From Nageia nagi (lineage: Eukaryota > Plantae > Pinophyta), in assembly GCA_050084985.1 (NCBI GenBank), contig JBITNC010000001.1, forward strand, positions 162,812,001 to 162,876,000: a stretch of DNA of 64,000 nt, read 5' to 3'. Shown here in pieces: positions 25,101-39,791 of this stretch. The position numbers and the translations under genes are program-made. The notes below the pieces were generated by a model. The model was not told where the DNA came from and searched no databases. It was given only the letters and a program-made list of their open reading frames with translations. Within the stretch, counting starts at the first letter, position 1, and each line of letters starts with the position of its first letter.

Positions 25101-27260
25101 CTCTTATGTTTTAAGGGTGGCCCAATTCCATTGTATCTTAAAGCATAATGTATCATAGAATGCAAGGTTTGACAAAATTATACTTATTAACCACATGTAT
25201 TCCATAAATGCTTATTTATGTATGTGGCAAAGTCTATTCTGCAATGTGTTTTTGTCATGCAATAGTAACAAGTAATATATAAGAATATTATGAGTACAAA
25301 GATAAAATATGGTAAAAGAAATAAATTACTATGGTCATTTTTAATCCAACATATATCAATATTAATGTAGGGAGTATTTTAAGGTATAAAATAGTCTTAG
25401 TATCCCTACATAATAGTAGGATGTAAAATACAAGAGAATCGCAATAAGGATTGACAAATCCTAATTGTATTTCTAAGGAATATTTTACAAGAAAAAGGAA
25501 TAGTATATAAAGAGGGATTAAATTAAAATCAAATTCTAGGGATTGATACTATTAATCTTATATCCTTGTAAATAAATCCTAGAAGAGATCTTGGTACATT
25601 AAATTATAACACATAGTCATAAGCTCAAATAATAAGAAAGAAAAAGTCAAACCTATTATAAGGTAACCCTAATAACCTTAAAGAAGATGAGGCTATCCTA
25701 CACTGGAAAATAATTAAGGAGACCTTAGGGATGCCTGAGTATTAAAATGGATCAATATGGGATCAAATGGGATTGGTATAATGGTGATAAGGAAAGAGTT
25801 AATTGACATTACTTAATAAATAATGTTCTACATTCATAAGAAAGTGGAAAAAAAACTTGTAGTATGATTAGAATTAGTGATGTTCCTAATATTAATTGAT
25901 CACATTTAAATACATGGGTTTCATGGTAAACCCTAATATAAGTCTAAAATAAATAATGGATCTTATAGTAAGATAAACCTTACATAATTACAAATAAATG
26001 AGCAATATCAAATCAAATAATAAAGGTGAAAGATAAACTCGAAAGTAACATAGGTTAAGGAGAAACCCTAAAGGAATAGAATTGACTTAAAAGGGAAATT
26101 TTGGATGGATTCAATGATGAAGGAAAATGATGTGGAATATTTGTTAGTTAAACCCTACTCATTAAACAAAAAATCCAAAATAATATGCCTTGAATAAGGA
26201 CCACTTTGTGCTACACTTCTTTTTAAAGACTAGTTGACTTTAGTGTCATCTCAAGGCATGTTACTAAACACTAGCATGAGAACTTTTATAAAGTAGTATT
26301 AAATATGTAGTACCATACATATGGGATAAATGTAGTACTTTCAATTATCTTGTGTGACATCCTAAAAAACCTTGGTATTGAATCTTTCTTCATACATTAT
26401 TGTTTATTGGATTTTAATACATGAAGGATGATCTATTACTATGTAGGTAACACGTAATGCTTGGTACATGAAACTTTGTAAACCCTAATAATTGATTTGG
26501 GATCAATTATTTTAGGAGAAATAAGTCATGGGTGATTTTTTATTTACAATATTATTTAAAATTAATTATACTAAACAAAAAACTCAAGGGTATTTCTTCA
26601 ATACCCATGGCTTCCCAAGATATGGTCATGGGGATATAGGACCCCATGATGATCCTAGCTGATAGATATGGGTAGGCTAGTATATCATATCCTTGATAGA
26701 GTATCAAATGAGGGTAGCAATAAAATAAAATATAGTTACCAGATGAGGTAATTTAGTAGTCAAACTACTTGTAATTTAGCACATAAGAGTATGATAATTT
26801 TTCCATAGGTGATGACATTTACCTGCTCATAAAGAAGTTTGCCTACCTATGAGTTAGAGGGTTATCATTAGGTGAGGATGTGTAACCTCATGGATGTGTG
26901 TTCTCTTGGGTCATATGGGCCTTGAGTAGGAAACCACTATGTCATGTCCAAAATATTAGTTCCATAATTTGTGAAGCAAAAAATGGTGGGGTCACATATG
27001 ATGCATCTCCTTAATGGGATGAGAATTGAGGAGTGAAAACTCGAAGAGATTTTATTAGGGTTGGTTAATTAGGACTTTAGAAAATATTGCCATGTGAGTG
27101 ATAACTAGCTAGTAGCATTGATATGCTCATGTGAATCATTTGTTCCATTTCTTCATCATTCTAGTGTTAAACTAATAAAAAAAAATTAGGTCTAAAATTT
27201 TTTAGTTTTGGATGTCAAGAATAGGAAAAAATACTATCGAGAATAAGTGGAAGTGTTATA
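22107..27260 (+). repeat. 5' LTR of element C (5154 bp)
   Basis: Collinear with 31916-37102 along its full length (5 mismatches in the 60-bp sample from 22441 vs 32250). Confidence 0.93.
24160..24352. repeat. 39-bp tandem repeats (caagtagtagggaggttgtc.atccactatgggtagcac) plus shorter caagtaataggga repeats inside the C LTR
   Basis: Directly visible. A second copy at about 33970-34200 has a different copy number. Confidence 0.85.
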
Positions 27261-27339
27261 GTGGTATCAAATCATCAAGTTCAAACTCTTGGGCCTATGG
27301 TCCATGATTCTTTTTGTATAAGAGTTTAGGAAGTTAAGA

Positions 27340-30300
27340 TGAGTATGCTTGAGCCTAATAACAACACCATTTGGTGGAAAAAGATTATGAAAATCCCAAT
27401 ACATGTGATAAGAGCTTCAACTAACCTACAACAAGGTGTCAAAAATGGCCTTCCTATGAATATCAATACTAGGAAAAACCAAAGAAATGTTAGGTGCTAG
27501 AATACAAGAAATAGATATTTAAGGAATGCTAATAGAATGATACCCAACAATGATAATAAAAGTTCATCAAGTCATTCCACCTAGAACAACAGAGGAGAAG
27601 AAGCCATCAAGAGATTACAAAAGCAGGTGGCATACCAATAAGAGATAATAAGCAATATACTAAATTCACAAGTTGAACCTCCAAGAGAAGAACCTATTTT
27701 AAGATAAGAAAAATCTAAAGGGATGGATGACCAAATTCAAGAAATAATTAAGCAAGAACTTGTAATGGATCTTAAGAAAGCTTAGATCCCAAAATTTAAT
27801 GATAACCAAGAAGGAAAATAAGCAAAAGTATGGTGGTATATGTACAAGATTGAGCATGAGATACAATACCTAAAGTGGCTATAATTTATTGCAGCATTTC
27901 ATAAGAGATTCATTCCTCAAGTTTACTATGATAGAAAGTATGAGGAATACTATACTCTTTGGTAAGGATACATGAGTGTTCAAAGCTACCATTATAGATT
28001 TCTTAGGCTGCTCAAATATGTCCAAGAAGATAAGAATCACATGAAGGTCCATATATTCTTTTTGGGGTTAGATCCTAAGATTAAGACCATGGTAAATGTA
28101 TTGAATCCTAAAATATTGGAAGAAGCATATGACCTTGCCAAAAGGGAAGAAAGAAATTTGGGTATCAAGAAGACCTTTGTGAACTATAATCTTCTAGATG
28201 AAAAAGATAAGGAAGTCTACCAAAAGAGTAAAAGTGTAGAGAATCAAGCACAACAAATAAGCAATGAGAATATCAAGGAATATAATCATAGTTACAAGGA
28301 TGGTAATCCACCCAAATTTGAGAAGAGGCCATTTGGAAATAAAGGTTATAAGAAGAAAGATTTTTAAAGGAGGAATTAGTTGTTTTGTAAGCAACATTAT
28401 AACAATAGGACTAAAAACCAAGGTTTCAAAAATGATGGTCAAGGGTTTCCATATCAAAGAGGCAATCATAATGCACCTAAGGAAAAGTTCCCAGAACAAA
28501 AGAAGGCTCCTTGATATGAATGATGTAATTGTGGTGGAGCTCACTATGCTAATTAGTGACCCCTAAAGATAGATCTACCCAAAGAGCATTGAATCTTTGT
28601 AGCTACTAGATCAAGACAAACTAGAGGGAAAGCCACACCTCTTCAAATCCCTAGTAAAATTTTTGACAAATCCTTTAGGATCTTGATATATTATGGTGCT
28701 ACAAATAGTTTTATTTCAAATTCCTTAGTTAAGGGAATGTCAAAGGCACCAAAATTTTTGGCAAATGGGTGGTAAGTGGATTTTGGATTAAGTCATAAAT
28801 ATCCTATTAGATAATGCTTTAGGGACGTTGAAATATAATTACCCAAGGGTCTTGTTGTGTGGGATTTTTATGTGGTTCCCCTAACCTCTTATGATATCAT
28901 ATTAGGCATGGATTGGTTGATGACACACAAAGATATTATCAAATTTTAGGAAATATGGGTAGAATACATTGATGTATCTCAAAACCAATACAGGGTGTAC
29001 AATGACCAAGGATCTTTTGAACCCTATTTGATCATAGCCATGCAAGTTAAAAGAAGCATAAGGAAAAGAGAGATGATTTATGTATCCAAAGTTAAGGAAG
29101 TTGAGCAAGGGGATAAGGAGGTAGACTTATTAAATATGTACTTTACATTAAGAGAATACAAAGATGTATTCCCTGAAGATCTATCTAGTTTATCCCCAAA
29201 ATGAGAATTTGATTTCTCAATAGACCTAATACCTGGAGTAGAAACTATTTCTAAAACCCCATACATAATGAATACCATAGAGATTCAAGATTTAAAGGTA
29301 CAATTGCAAGATTTATTAGAGAAAGGGTTGATAAAACCTAGTGTGTCACCATGGGGTGCTCCTATGTTGTTTGTGAAAAAGAAAGATGGAAATTTGAGGT
29401 TGTGTATTGATTATACAATGCTGAACAAGGTCACCATCAAGAGTAGGTATCCTTTACCTAGAATTGATGATTTTTTTGATCAACTCAAGGATATTGCTAT
29501 TTTCTCCAAGATAGATCTAAGATCAAGATACCACCAATTGATAATAAAGGGATTAGACACTCATGAAATAGCTTTTAAAACTAGATATGGATAATATGAA
29601 TTTGTTGTATTACCTTTTGAGTTAACAAATGCCCTTATAACATTCACAAACTTAATAAATAGTGTCTATCAAGAATACCTAGATAAGTTTGTGTTAGTAT
29701 TTTTGGATGATATTCTCATATACTCAAATCATGAGGAGGAACATAATCATCATCTAAGGTTAGCTCTACAAGTGTTGTGAAGAAACCAACTATATGGAAA
29801 AATATTAAGTGTGACTTCTATATTTCCTAAATTTAGTATCAAGGCCACATCATCTTTGTAGAAGGAATTTTAATTGACCCCAAGAAAGTGGAAGTAATAA
29901 TGAGTTGGCAAGTGCCAAAAAATATGATTGAGGTAAGAATTATTATGGGATTAGTTGGGTACTATCAAATATTTATCAAAGAGTTTTTTAAAATAGCCAA
30001 TCCCATCACTAGTATTTAGAAAACTAATTAAGTGTTAAAATGGATAGAAAAGTGTGAAAAAGCTTTTGTAACCTTATAAGAAAAACTTACCACAACATCG
30101 ATTCTTACTATCCCTGACCCACATAGTAATTTTATAGTATGCACAAATGCTTCACTAGAAGGTTTAGGTGGTGTCTTATCACAAAATGGAAATCCAATAG
30201 CATTTGAATCAAGAAAATTAAAAAAGCATGAGCTGAAATATGCAACTCATGATCTTGAGTTGGAAGCTATAGTCCATGCACTCAAAATGTGGAGACACTA

Positions 30301-31810
30301 CCTTTTAGGAAATCCTTTCAAACTTGAAATGGATCATCAGAGTCTAAAGTATTTATTCACTCAATCGGATCTGAGTACTAGGCAAAGACGATGGATGGAA
30401 TTTCTAAATGAATATGATTTTGGAATTAAGCACATAAAGGGAAAGGAAAATAAAGTGGTAGATGCTTTGAGTCATAGGTGACATGTAAATGCCATGACAA
30501 GAAGTCAATTTGATTTATTTGACCAAGTAAAAGTTTTACAGTAAGAAGACTCATATTGTAGATCCATCCAGGAATTGATAGGGAAATATACCTCATCATC
30601 TCAAGATTTTACTAAAAAAGATGTAATTCTTTATTTTAAGGATAGATTAGTCATCCTAGAGAAGGGAAATTTAAGTTTGATCATGCAAGAAACTCATCGT
30701 CCCCCATATGTAGCACATCTAGGAGGTACGAAGATGAGAGAAAAAATTAAATAAAGATCTTATTAGGATGGAATGAAAAGGACATAGCATAATTTATGGT
30801 AATATGCCTTGAATGTCAAAAATTTAAGGTAGAATATCAACACCCATGCAGATATCTATATCCACATGATGTTCCTATGTATAAATAGTAAGTGATTTTG
30901 ATGGATTTTATTGTTGTCTTGCCAAAAATAAGTTTGCTAATGAAATCTTTAGATTACATGGATTTTTTAAGGTGATCATCTCAGATAGAGATTCTAAGTT
31001 CACCTCCATATTTTGGAATTCATTGCACAAGGCATTGGGAATGTAATTGAATATGAGTTCAACATATCACCCTAAGATATATGGGCATACTAAACAAGTG
31101 AATAGAGTCCTTGAGGACATGCTCAAAATATACTGCATGTAGCAAAAGAATAAATACGAGGATTACCTCTACTTAGTTGAATTTGCTTATAATAATGGAT
31201 ATCAATCATCTTTGGGAATGGCTCCCTTTGAGGCTCTCTATGAAAGGAGATGTAAAAATCCTTTATCTTGGGACAATTAGGAGGATTAGGTGATGATTTA
31301 ACCTGAGATGTTAAACCAAATGGAGGATCAATAGAATTCCTTTCGACAAAAGTTGAAGGAAGTTGCCAATCAATAAAAGAGTTATGTCTATCTTAAGAGA
31401 ACTTATCAAGAATTTTTTGTCGATGAAAAAGTATTTTTACAAGTTCAATCCATGAAAGGCATCATAAATTCTACCAAATTAGTCCCCAATTTGTTGATCC
31501 TTTTGATATAGTTGAAAATAAGAGTCCAATTGCCTACAAAATTACTTTGCCACTAAGTTTATCAAAAATGCATGATGTATTTCATGTGCCACTATTGAAA
31601 AAGTATGTTATTGACCCCTCTCTTGTGTTGGATTTCTTTGATTTGCAAATTTTTGACCCTCATGCTATTAAAGTTCTTCCTGTTAGGATCTTAGCTTTTA
31701 GAACTAGGAAATTGATAAATCAAGAGATTAATGAGTGTTTAGTGTAATAGGACAAGTATTCTAAATCATCTTCCACTTGGGAAGATGAATATACCATTAG
31801 AATATAATTT
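27340..31810 (+). pseudogene. Gypsy gag-pol of element C (gag, PR, RT, RH, INT, chromodomain)
   Basis: Segments include gag 27972-28367, PR ILIYYGATNSFIS (about 28680), [28 protein letters not shown]...YPLPRIDD (29268-29594) and FLDD (about 29700), and RH EAIVHALKMWRHYLLG (30260-30481). INT MDFIVVLPK is fused directly to FANEIFRLHG..IISDRD (internal deletion near 30930). The chromodomain reads PVRILAFRTRKLINQEINECLV..SSTWEDE (31680-31790). Confidence 0.93.
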
Positions 31811-31915
31811 TATTATTTTTTAAATGATTATGTGAAGCATTTTCAAAAATCTATGATTGTATTATGATTTTATTTAAGAACATAGGGTACTATGTTCCTT
31901 TTAAGGAGGGTGGTA

Positions 31916-34900
31916 TGTAATGATCCACCCAACTGCACTGTTAAGACTTGAGTACCATCAAGGATTATAACAAGATTAATTTTGAATTATGTTAAGTTAT
32001 GACTAATTTTGAATAAAGATATGATTTATTTATGTCAATTTGATGCTAGTTTCAAGATTTTATGGCACAAGTTACAAGTTGACTAGAGTTGAAAAGTACG
32101 AATAAAGACCCAAGGGACCAAGGATGAGTTGATGATGGGAATGAAAGGGTAATAGTGAGGAATGAATAGCATTGGTTCACTAACAAACTCTAATTACCAT
32201 GATAGATCATTTATATGGATGACCTAACTATTGAAAATGATTTTCAATTTTAATAATGAATGTGTGGTTGTGTTTGTGTACTAATGACTTTACAATGCAG
32301 GATGAAAGGATCACCGTAGGTAAAATGAGTGTTAAAACTTTGTTATGAAATTTTGAAATTTATTTCAAAAGAGGTCAGGAATATTCTATTCTTTTAAATT
32401 TTAATTTTTACTTAGGGGTTTTAGTAAAATGGGGTGAAATTTAAAAGTGATAGTTAAAAAGGACTATTACCATTTTGTGGATGTTACAAGGGTATTTTGG
32501 TAGGTTGTGAAAATAATTGAGATAGGATCCCCACCTAACTTGTTTCTTTGTCATAGGTGTAGGAAATAATTGGCCTCAATTTGTAAGCTAATATAAAAAA
32601 GTCCAAAATATTTTATGTCACTACACTTGCCAACAAATTTACTTTAGACCCAACTCACAAAAAAAATAAATAAATAAATATATCTTCCCCAAAAAAATTA
32701 TTGAAGGGTATGAGCAGACATTTATTTGGAACTATTATAGCCAACTTGGCTATAAATAAATAGTGGAACCTTAGGAAAACTACACTACCACACTATTACT
32801 TTACTTCATCATTCATAAGCTTTGGGTCTAGAGTTCCATGGAGAAGAGAAGCCTCTCCCCCTCTCAAGTTTAGGTGCTTTCCTTTTTGCATTTTAGTTAA
32901 TACCTAGCTAAGATATGGATTCATTTGATATTAGTTGGTATATTTTTATGAAAAAGAATGCTTGAAGAGGTTAATTACTATCAATAATGGTACATTTCTT
33001 GAAGAGACATTTTTTTTATTTGAAAGTACACATGTGAAGCCTTGTCTCTATAGTTAAAACAAGATATAGTTTAATATTTGTATGCATTATTTGTATGGTT
33101 GGATAACATATTTTATTGATGGGATAATTATTTTTTTGTGTACAAGACTATTTTCTATGATCCTCACATCATGAATACTCTTAAGGAAGTACTCTTAAGC
33201 ATTGTATTGAGATTTGGCCTTAACATTTTATCATCCTCATAGGCATTCTAGCAATTCATTCTCATCTAGTTTTTTTTTTTTAATACCATGGAATGGCATA
33301 GAAAGAAGGGTTGAGAGAATAATTGAATTGTATACTTCTCCCCCATGATGGTGTTGAGACCTGTTACCTTGCCTATATGGAATTTCAGTTGATTGGGAAT
33401 GCCATTACAAGATTAGCTTCCATTCATTTCCATTCTAGAAGGAGTGAAGTTGAGGGAGGTGATTAAATATGAAATCCCTTCCACCTACACCCATAATCAT
33501 ATGCTTGATGGTCAATTCCTCCAAGAATAATTTGCTCTATGACCATACAATCTAATTCATATACTATTGTAGTCTTGGGTATCTAAAACTAATAGGATAG
33601 GAGTCACCTTTCTTTTGGGCTCATTTGGGAAGCCATCTCATGCTCTAAGGAATACTTTTCTTTAATTCATGTCATACAAACCCCTCTCCTTTCTCTATGT
33701 TCTCTTTAAATAGTTGTGCCATTAGATAATATATAAGACCTCTAAGTTGTGTTTATGATTGCCAAGCTTGACAAGATTTATATGTTGTATTCCCATTATG
33801 AGTCATGCTCAAGCGCTAAAGGTGAATTTATCATTTCCTAGCCTAAAATGGACTCACTATTCAAGGTACTATTTCACTAAGGGATTGTAATATGACAAGG
33901 TGGATTTCTTTAAATCAAACATTCTCCCTTTTTGCAATTGATACCTCCTCAAAATGATTCAAGGAGACCACTAATGGTAGTGCCAAGTAATAGGGAGGTT
34001 ATCTATCTAGCATAGGTAGCACCAAGTAATATAAAGGTTATCTATCCACTATGGAAAACACCAAGTAGTAGGGAGACTACTTATTCACTATGGGTAGAAT
34101 AAAGTAGTAGGGAGGTTGTCATTCCACTATGGGAAGCACCAAGTAATAAGGATATTATCTGCCAAGTAATAGGGATGTTGTTCCCCAAGTAATAGGAATA
34201 TTTTCCATCCAAATGGGTGGTGTAATGTATCTTAGTTAGAAGCCTTTCCAAAGGCATTACCATGAGACCACACTCATTAATCCTTCATCACCTAAGGCTT
34301 CATGAACCTCCAGATTTTGTCCAATAGATTGGTCTTTTAGGAGAATTTGATTCATCCAAAGTTTAATTGAATTTTGTTTAAATCCACCTCAATGATGAAT
34401 ATCGTAGTAGAGATTACATTAAAAATTTGTATGGTGTGAAATTGTTAATAAAATGCTAGTATAATATGATTCATACATCATTAGAATTATGAATGTATGG
34501 TATGATCATAATATTTTGAGTAAGATTTATGTTAACTTAGCTTTTATGTAATTACAAAGTGTTGATTAATCTAGGTTTAGTATGTAATATCATGAGTATT
34601 CAAGCATTAATAGAATGAAAACAAATAATTTTAAGTATGAATTATGAATATTATAATATGAAGAGGTAAATTACATGTGACCAAGGAAGGAAGTCCTGGA
34701 GAGGACATAAAACATCCTGAGGTTTGTAGAATGATTTTAAAGGAATGAGATGTCATAAATCATTTGCATCATGGTCATAAGTAAGAAGAGGGTTGTATTG
34801 ATCCTCAAAATCCTAACCTTTCTTAGTATTCAATCTAATAATTTTGGGTCATTGGGAAGATCTCAAAGATGAAGGTGGAAGAATCTCCATCAAAAGGATG

Positions 34901-37102
34901 AGATGCATTGAAGACCCTATAGATCAAACTTGATGTATTTACCATACATTTATTCATTTAAAATCTATAAGGGTACCTTATTTTATTTTAAGGGTGGCCC
35001 AATTCCATTGTATTTTAAAGCATCATGTATCATAGAATGCAAGGTTTGATGAAATTTTACTTAGTAACCACACATAATCCATTAATGCTTATTTATGTAT
35101 GTGGAAAAGTCTATTCATCAATGTATTTTTGTCATACAATGTTAATAGGTAATATATAAGAATATTATGAGTACAAAGATAAAACATGGTAAAAGAAATA
35201 AATTGATATGGTCATTGTTAATCCAACATATATAATTATTAATGTAGGGAGTCTTTTAAGGTATGAAATAGTCTTAGTATCCCTACGTAATAGTAGGACC
35301 TACAATGCAAGAGAATTCCAATAAGGATTGACAAATCCTAATTGTATTTCCAAGGAATATTTTACAAGTAAATGGAATAATATATAAAGAGGGATTAAAT
35401 TTGAATCAAGTTCTAGGGATTGATAACATTAAACTTAGATCCCTATAAATGGATCCTAGAAGAGGGATTGATACATTACATTACAAGACATAGTAATAAG
35501 ATCAAATAATAAGGAAGACAAATTCAAACATATTATAAGGTAACCCTAATAACCTTAAAGAAGATGAGGCTATCCTATAATGGAAAATAATTAAGGAGTC
35601 CTTAGCGACCCTTGAGTATTAAAAGGAATCAATATGGGATCAAATGGGATTGGTCTAATGGTCATAAGGCAAGAGCTAATTGATATTAATTAATAAATAA
35701 TGTTCTCCATTCATAAGAAAGTGGAAAAAAAACTTGTAGTATGATTACAATTAGTGATGTTCCTAGGATTAATCAACCACATTTAAATACATGGGTTTCA
35801 TGGTAAACCCTAACATAGATCCAAAATAAATAATGGATCTTATAGTAAGAGAAACCTTGCATAATTTCAAAGAAATGGGAAATGTAAAATCAAATAATAA
35901 AGGTGAAAGATAAACTTAGGAGTAACCTAGGTTAAAGAGAAACCCTAAAGGAATAGAATCAACTTAAAAGGGAAATTTTGGATGGATTCAATGATGAAGG
36001 AAAATGATGTGGAATATTTGTTATTCAAACCCTAATTGCTAAAAAACAACCCAAAAGAATATACATTATGTAAGGCCCACTTTATGTTGCACTTCCTTTT
36101 TAGAAGTAGTTAACTTTAGTGTCATCTCAAGGCATGTTACTAAACACTAGCATGAGAACTTTTATAAAGTAGTATTAAATACATAGTACCATGCATATGA
36201 GATAATTGTATTATTTTCAATTATCTTGTGTGACTTAATAAATAAGATTTGTATTGAATCTTCCTTCATACACTATTGTTTATTAAATTTTAAGACATGA
36301 AGGATGATCTATTACTATGTAGGTAACACCTAATGCTTGGTACATGAAACTTAGAAAACCCTAATAATTGATTTGGGATCAATTATTTTAGGAATGATAC
36401 ATCATGGGAGGTTTTTATTTTACAATATTATTTAAAATTAATTAGACTAAATAAACCACTCGATAGTATTACTTTAATACCCATGGCTCTTGAAGATATG
36501 GGCACTGGGATGTTGGACCACATGGTGATCCTAGCTAATAGATATGGGCAGGCTAGTGGCTCATATCCTCAATAGGGTGTTAGATGAGGGTATTAGTCAA
36601 AAAAACTATGGTTATTGAGTAAGGGAAATTTATTATTCATACTACTTGTAGTTTAGCACATAGGAGTATGATGACTGTTCCATAAAAAATGACATTTACC
36701 CACTCCTAAGGAAGTTTGCCTAGGATAAACTATTTGCTCCTTTGAGTTAGAGGGTTATAATTAGGTGAGGATGTGTAACCTAGTGGATGTGCATTCTATT
36801 AGGTGATATGGTCCCCAAGTAGGAAACCACTACATCATGTACAAAATGTTTGTTGCATAGTTCCTAAAGTGGAAATGGTAGGGTCACATATGAAGCATAT
36901 CCTCAATGGGATGAGCATTATGGAGTGAACACCAAAAGAGATTTGATTATGGTTGAGTGTTGATATGCTTAAGTGGATTGTCTAGTCCATTCCTAGATCA
37001 TTCAAGTATTTAAACTAATAAAAAAAATTAAATCTAAAATTTTAGGGTTTTGGATGTTGAGAATAGGCAAAAATGCTATCAAGAATAGGTTGAAGCATTA
37101 CA
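31916..37102 (+). repeat. 3' LTR of element C (5187 bp)
   Basis: Pairs with 22107-27260. Confidence 0.93.
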
Positions 37103-37629
37103 AGAGAATTCTAAAGAAGATTCTAATGCTTATGTTTTTGTTAAAGTTACCAAGGATGTTGAGCCTATAGTAAGGGAGAGCATAGTGCTTATTGTACAAT
37201 ATTTCAAAAGCTATTATTATTTTTGCTAAAGAATATTATTGGTTATCATTTCTTTTAACAAAGATTACATTTTTTAGTGTATTATCAAAAAATGGAGAAG
37301 AAAAGAGATTGTTATTGCTTAATATTTAGATTATTGACATGGAAATAAGAGACTGATGTGATCAAAGTGAAATTAGTCCAATATGTCATTTATATTGTTG
37401 CAGTTGTTAAGATAATTGGTGTCAGTGCTACTAGTGTATACAAGAGTGTTGTTATATTTAAGACTATTGGTTGAAGGTTATTTGATCATAACATGTTGTT
37501 GGTGCTACTTGGAATCCTACTATAATAGGCCAATCTGTTTTTCACTTTAATTATTTGATATTGTTGTCAAAAAGGGGGAGAGATATCTTGAATAGAGTGA
37601 GTTTTGACAATAATGCCATAGGGGGATAT

Positions 37630-39355
37630 TGTTGATCTATCTTGGTATTTGTGTGATTTTCATTATTATCATAGCACATGTGCACTCCATAATGTCAAAT
37701 AATGTCAATAGAGCAATATTGTTGATGTCAAAGAAAGAACAATAAAAACATATTTTGCAAGATTTCTAAAATGATTTACAAGTATCTCAATTCAAATGGA
37801 CCAAATGCTAAAGAAAATTAAGTTGTCTGATTTCTTTGTTGTTTCAAAAAAAATTGGTCTACTCTAATCTATTGGATCTCAACCAAAATAAAATGATTCA
37901 AAAAATGGCTAAGTATAATGTTATTCTATTTTTCCACTATTCTGGCAAAATTTTTCCATTCCAATACTATTGAATCTCCACCAAAATCAAATGATTTGAA
38001 AAATGGCTAAGTATAATATCATTCTATTTTACCACTATTCTAGCAAAGTTTGTCCATCCAATACTTTTAAATATATAACAAAATCAAATAGATTTATGTA
38101 GTTAAATAAGGGCCTATGTGGATAGAGACAAGCTTGTATGGAGAGATATCGAAGGTGGTCAAAGGCATTATGCAGTAGTAAATAAGCTTATGCAGAGGTA
38201 ACAACTCTTATGTAGTAAAGACAACCCTTTTGTAGAAAGCATAGATCTTATATGGAGGATCAATATATTATGTGGAGAAGCAAGTATTTATGTAGTCAAT
38301 GCAATGGTTATGTAGAGCTTACAATCCTTATGTGAATAATAACATTCTTATGCAAATAAAAGTAGCCTTATGCATATGCATAGAAGAACAAGCTAATTCA
38401 AAGACATAGAGCTTGATGTAGAGAGGAATAGTATTTCTATGTGGTGGTATGTATGTAGAGTACCATAGTTAAAGGATAGTACACTGAATGTGAGCAACCT
38501 TCATGATAATGATGAACATCATGTAGTGACAATCGAGGAAATGATCACTCTAGTTGATAAGTTCACTAACTAAAAAATAGTTATAGTATTAACATGTCAG
38601 TTGTATACATCTGGAGCCAACGAAGGCACATGTATGAATAACTTTCAATTATGTAATCAAGGGCTTGCATGCACATTGAAGTGGATGGTAATCATGGCTT
38701 GATGAAGTGAGTTTCAAAGGTGTCTATTTATATTGATTGGTGTTGGAATGTTGAAGTAGTGTGGGTGTATGATAGGTGAATGCTATTGAAATAGATATTG
38801 AAGATCATAGAGGTGAATGCTATCATAAAAATGATTGAATATTAGATGAGGGAATTATTATATTGATACAAATTTATTAGATTGGAATTTATGGCAACAT
38901 GATGAATATGGAGATCATGATAACCCATTCTAATAGTTGGGTGTATGTAGTTTTCTAAGCTAGATCATTAAGGGTCTTCTGAGATAGAGTTGAAAAGTTT
39001 GCCAAAACCTTGTTCATGTAATCTACTAAGTTGGTGCTTGGCATAGAGGTTTTTTATCCTTATATTTGTTGTTGGTAAGCTAGGGATTAATGATTCTTCT
39101 AAGTGGTTCTAGTAAACTAAATATAAAGTTGGTGCTTTGCATTGGGATGGATTTGAACCATGATCCAAGCAGTCTTATTCAGGGATGTAGCCATAATGGT
39201 GAACTTGTTATATCTAGTGTTATGTGATGTTTCATTGATGTGTTTAGTTTATTTTATTATATTTTTTATTTCATTAGTTTTAAGCACTCATTATTTAAGT
39301 TTAAATTTTAAAACACTGATTCACCATCCCTCTCAATGTCATTATGTGATTAATA
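37630..39355 (+). repeat. 3' LTR of element B
   Basis: Follows the PPT, pairs with 18969-20553, and is followed by TSD gtgtc. Confidence 0.88.
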
Positions 39356-39791
39356 GTGTCTATGGTGTATTCTTGATTTTTTTCTTTCCCTATCATTTAT
39401 TTTATTTAAAAATCATCCTTTAGATTTAGGTTTTCATAGAACATAATTTCCTTCAGCTTTAGGAACTTAAACTCTTGTAATGAATTTCAAAGTTGCAAGC
39501 TTCATCTCTTCTCTCTGTTGTAATCTTTAGCTCAACTCCCTATTTCTTTGGATCACATTTTGCATGCAAAATTGGCTAAGTATTTGGAGAAAATGCACCT
39601 TATTAGAGCTTAATAAAGCCTTAAATAATCCCATATGCTAACTACACTATTATTTGTAAGTAAAATATGATCCAATCATTTTCCCACTTGCTAATTGTAA
39701 TCTATAACACATAAACCTACAATAATAAACTAATACTAAATACACTTATATACATTAAGTTACAAGATGATTGGTGATTTTCTACTAATTT

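Larger units (their letters stand above)
22107..37102 (+). mobile_element. Element C: Ty3/gypsy chromovirus (Tekay/Del-like) with ~5.2-kb LTRs
   Basis: LTRs are 22107-27260 and 31916-37102 (tgtaa...ttata/ttaca). PBS gtggtatcaa starts at 27261 and the PPT is 31903-31915, preceded by the hairpin gaacatag/ctatgttc (31878-31897) typical of Del/Tekay. The TSD is degraded (ggagc/agaga). Confidence 0.92.
9115..39355 (+). mobile_element. Element B: non-autonomous SIRE-like Ty1/copia LTR element (internal deletion derivative)
   Basis: 5' LTR is 9115-9119 plus 18969-20553 and 3' LTR is 37630-39355 (tgttgatctat... to C-rich attcacc..ctctca...taaca/taata). There is a degenerate PBS at 20554-20568, PPT motifs AGGGGGAG at 37573-37580 and agggggat at 37620-37627, and a TSD gtgtt/gtgtc. 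The internal part holds only gag-like coiled coil and zinc knuckles. Confidence 0.8.
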
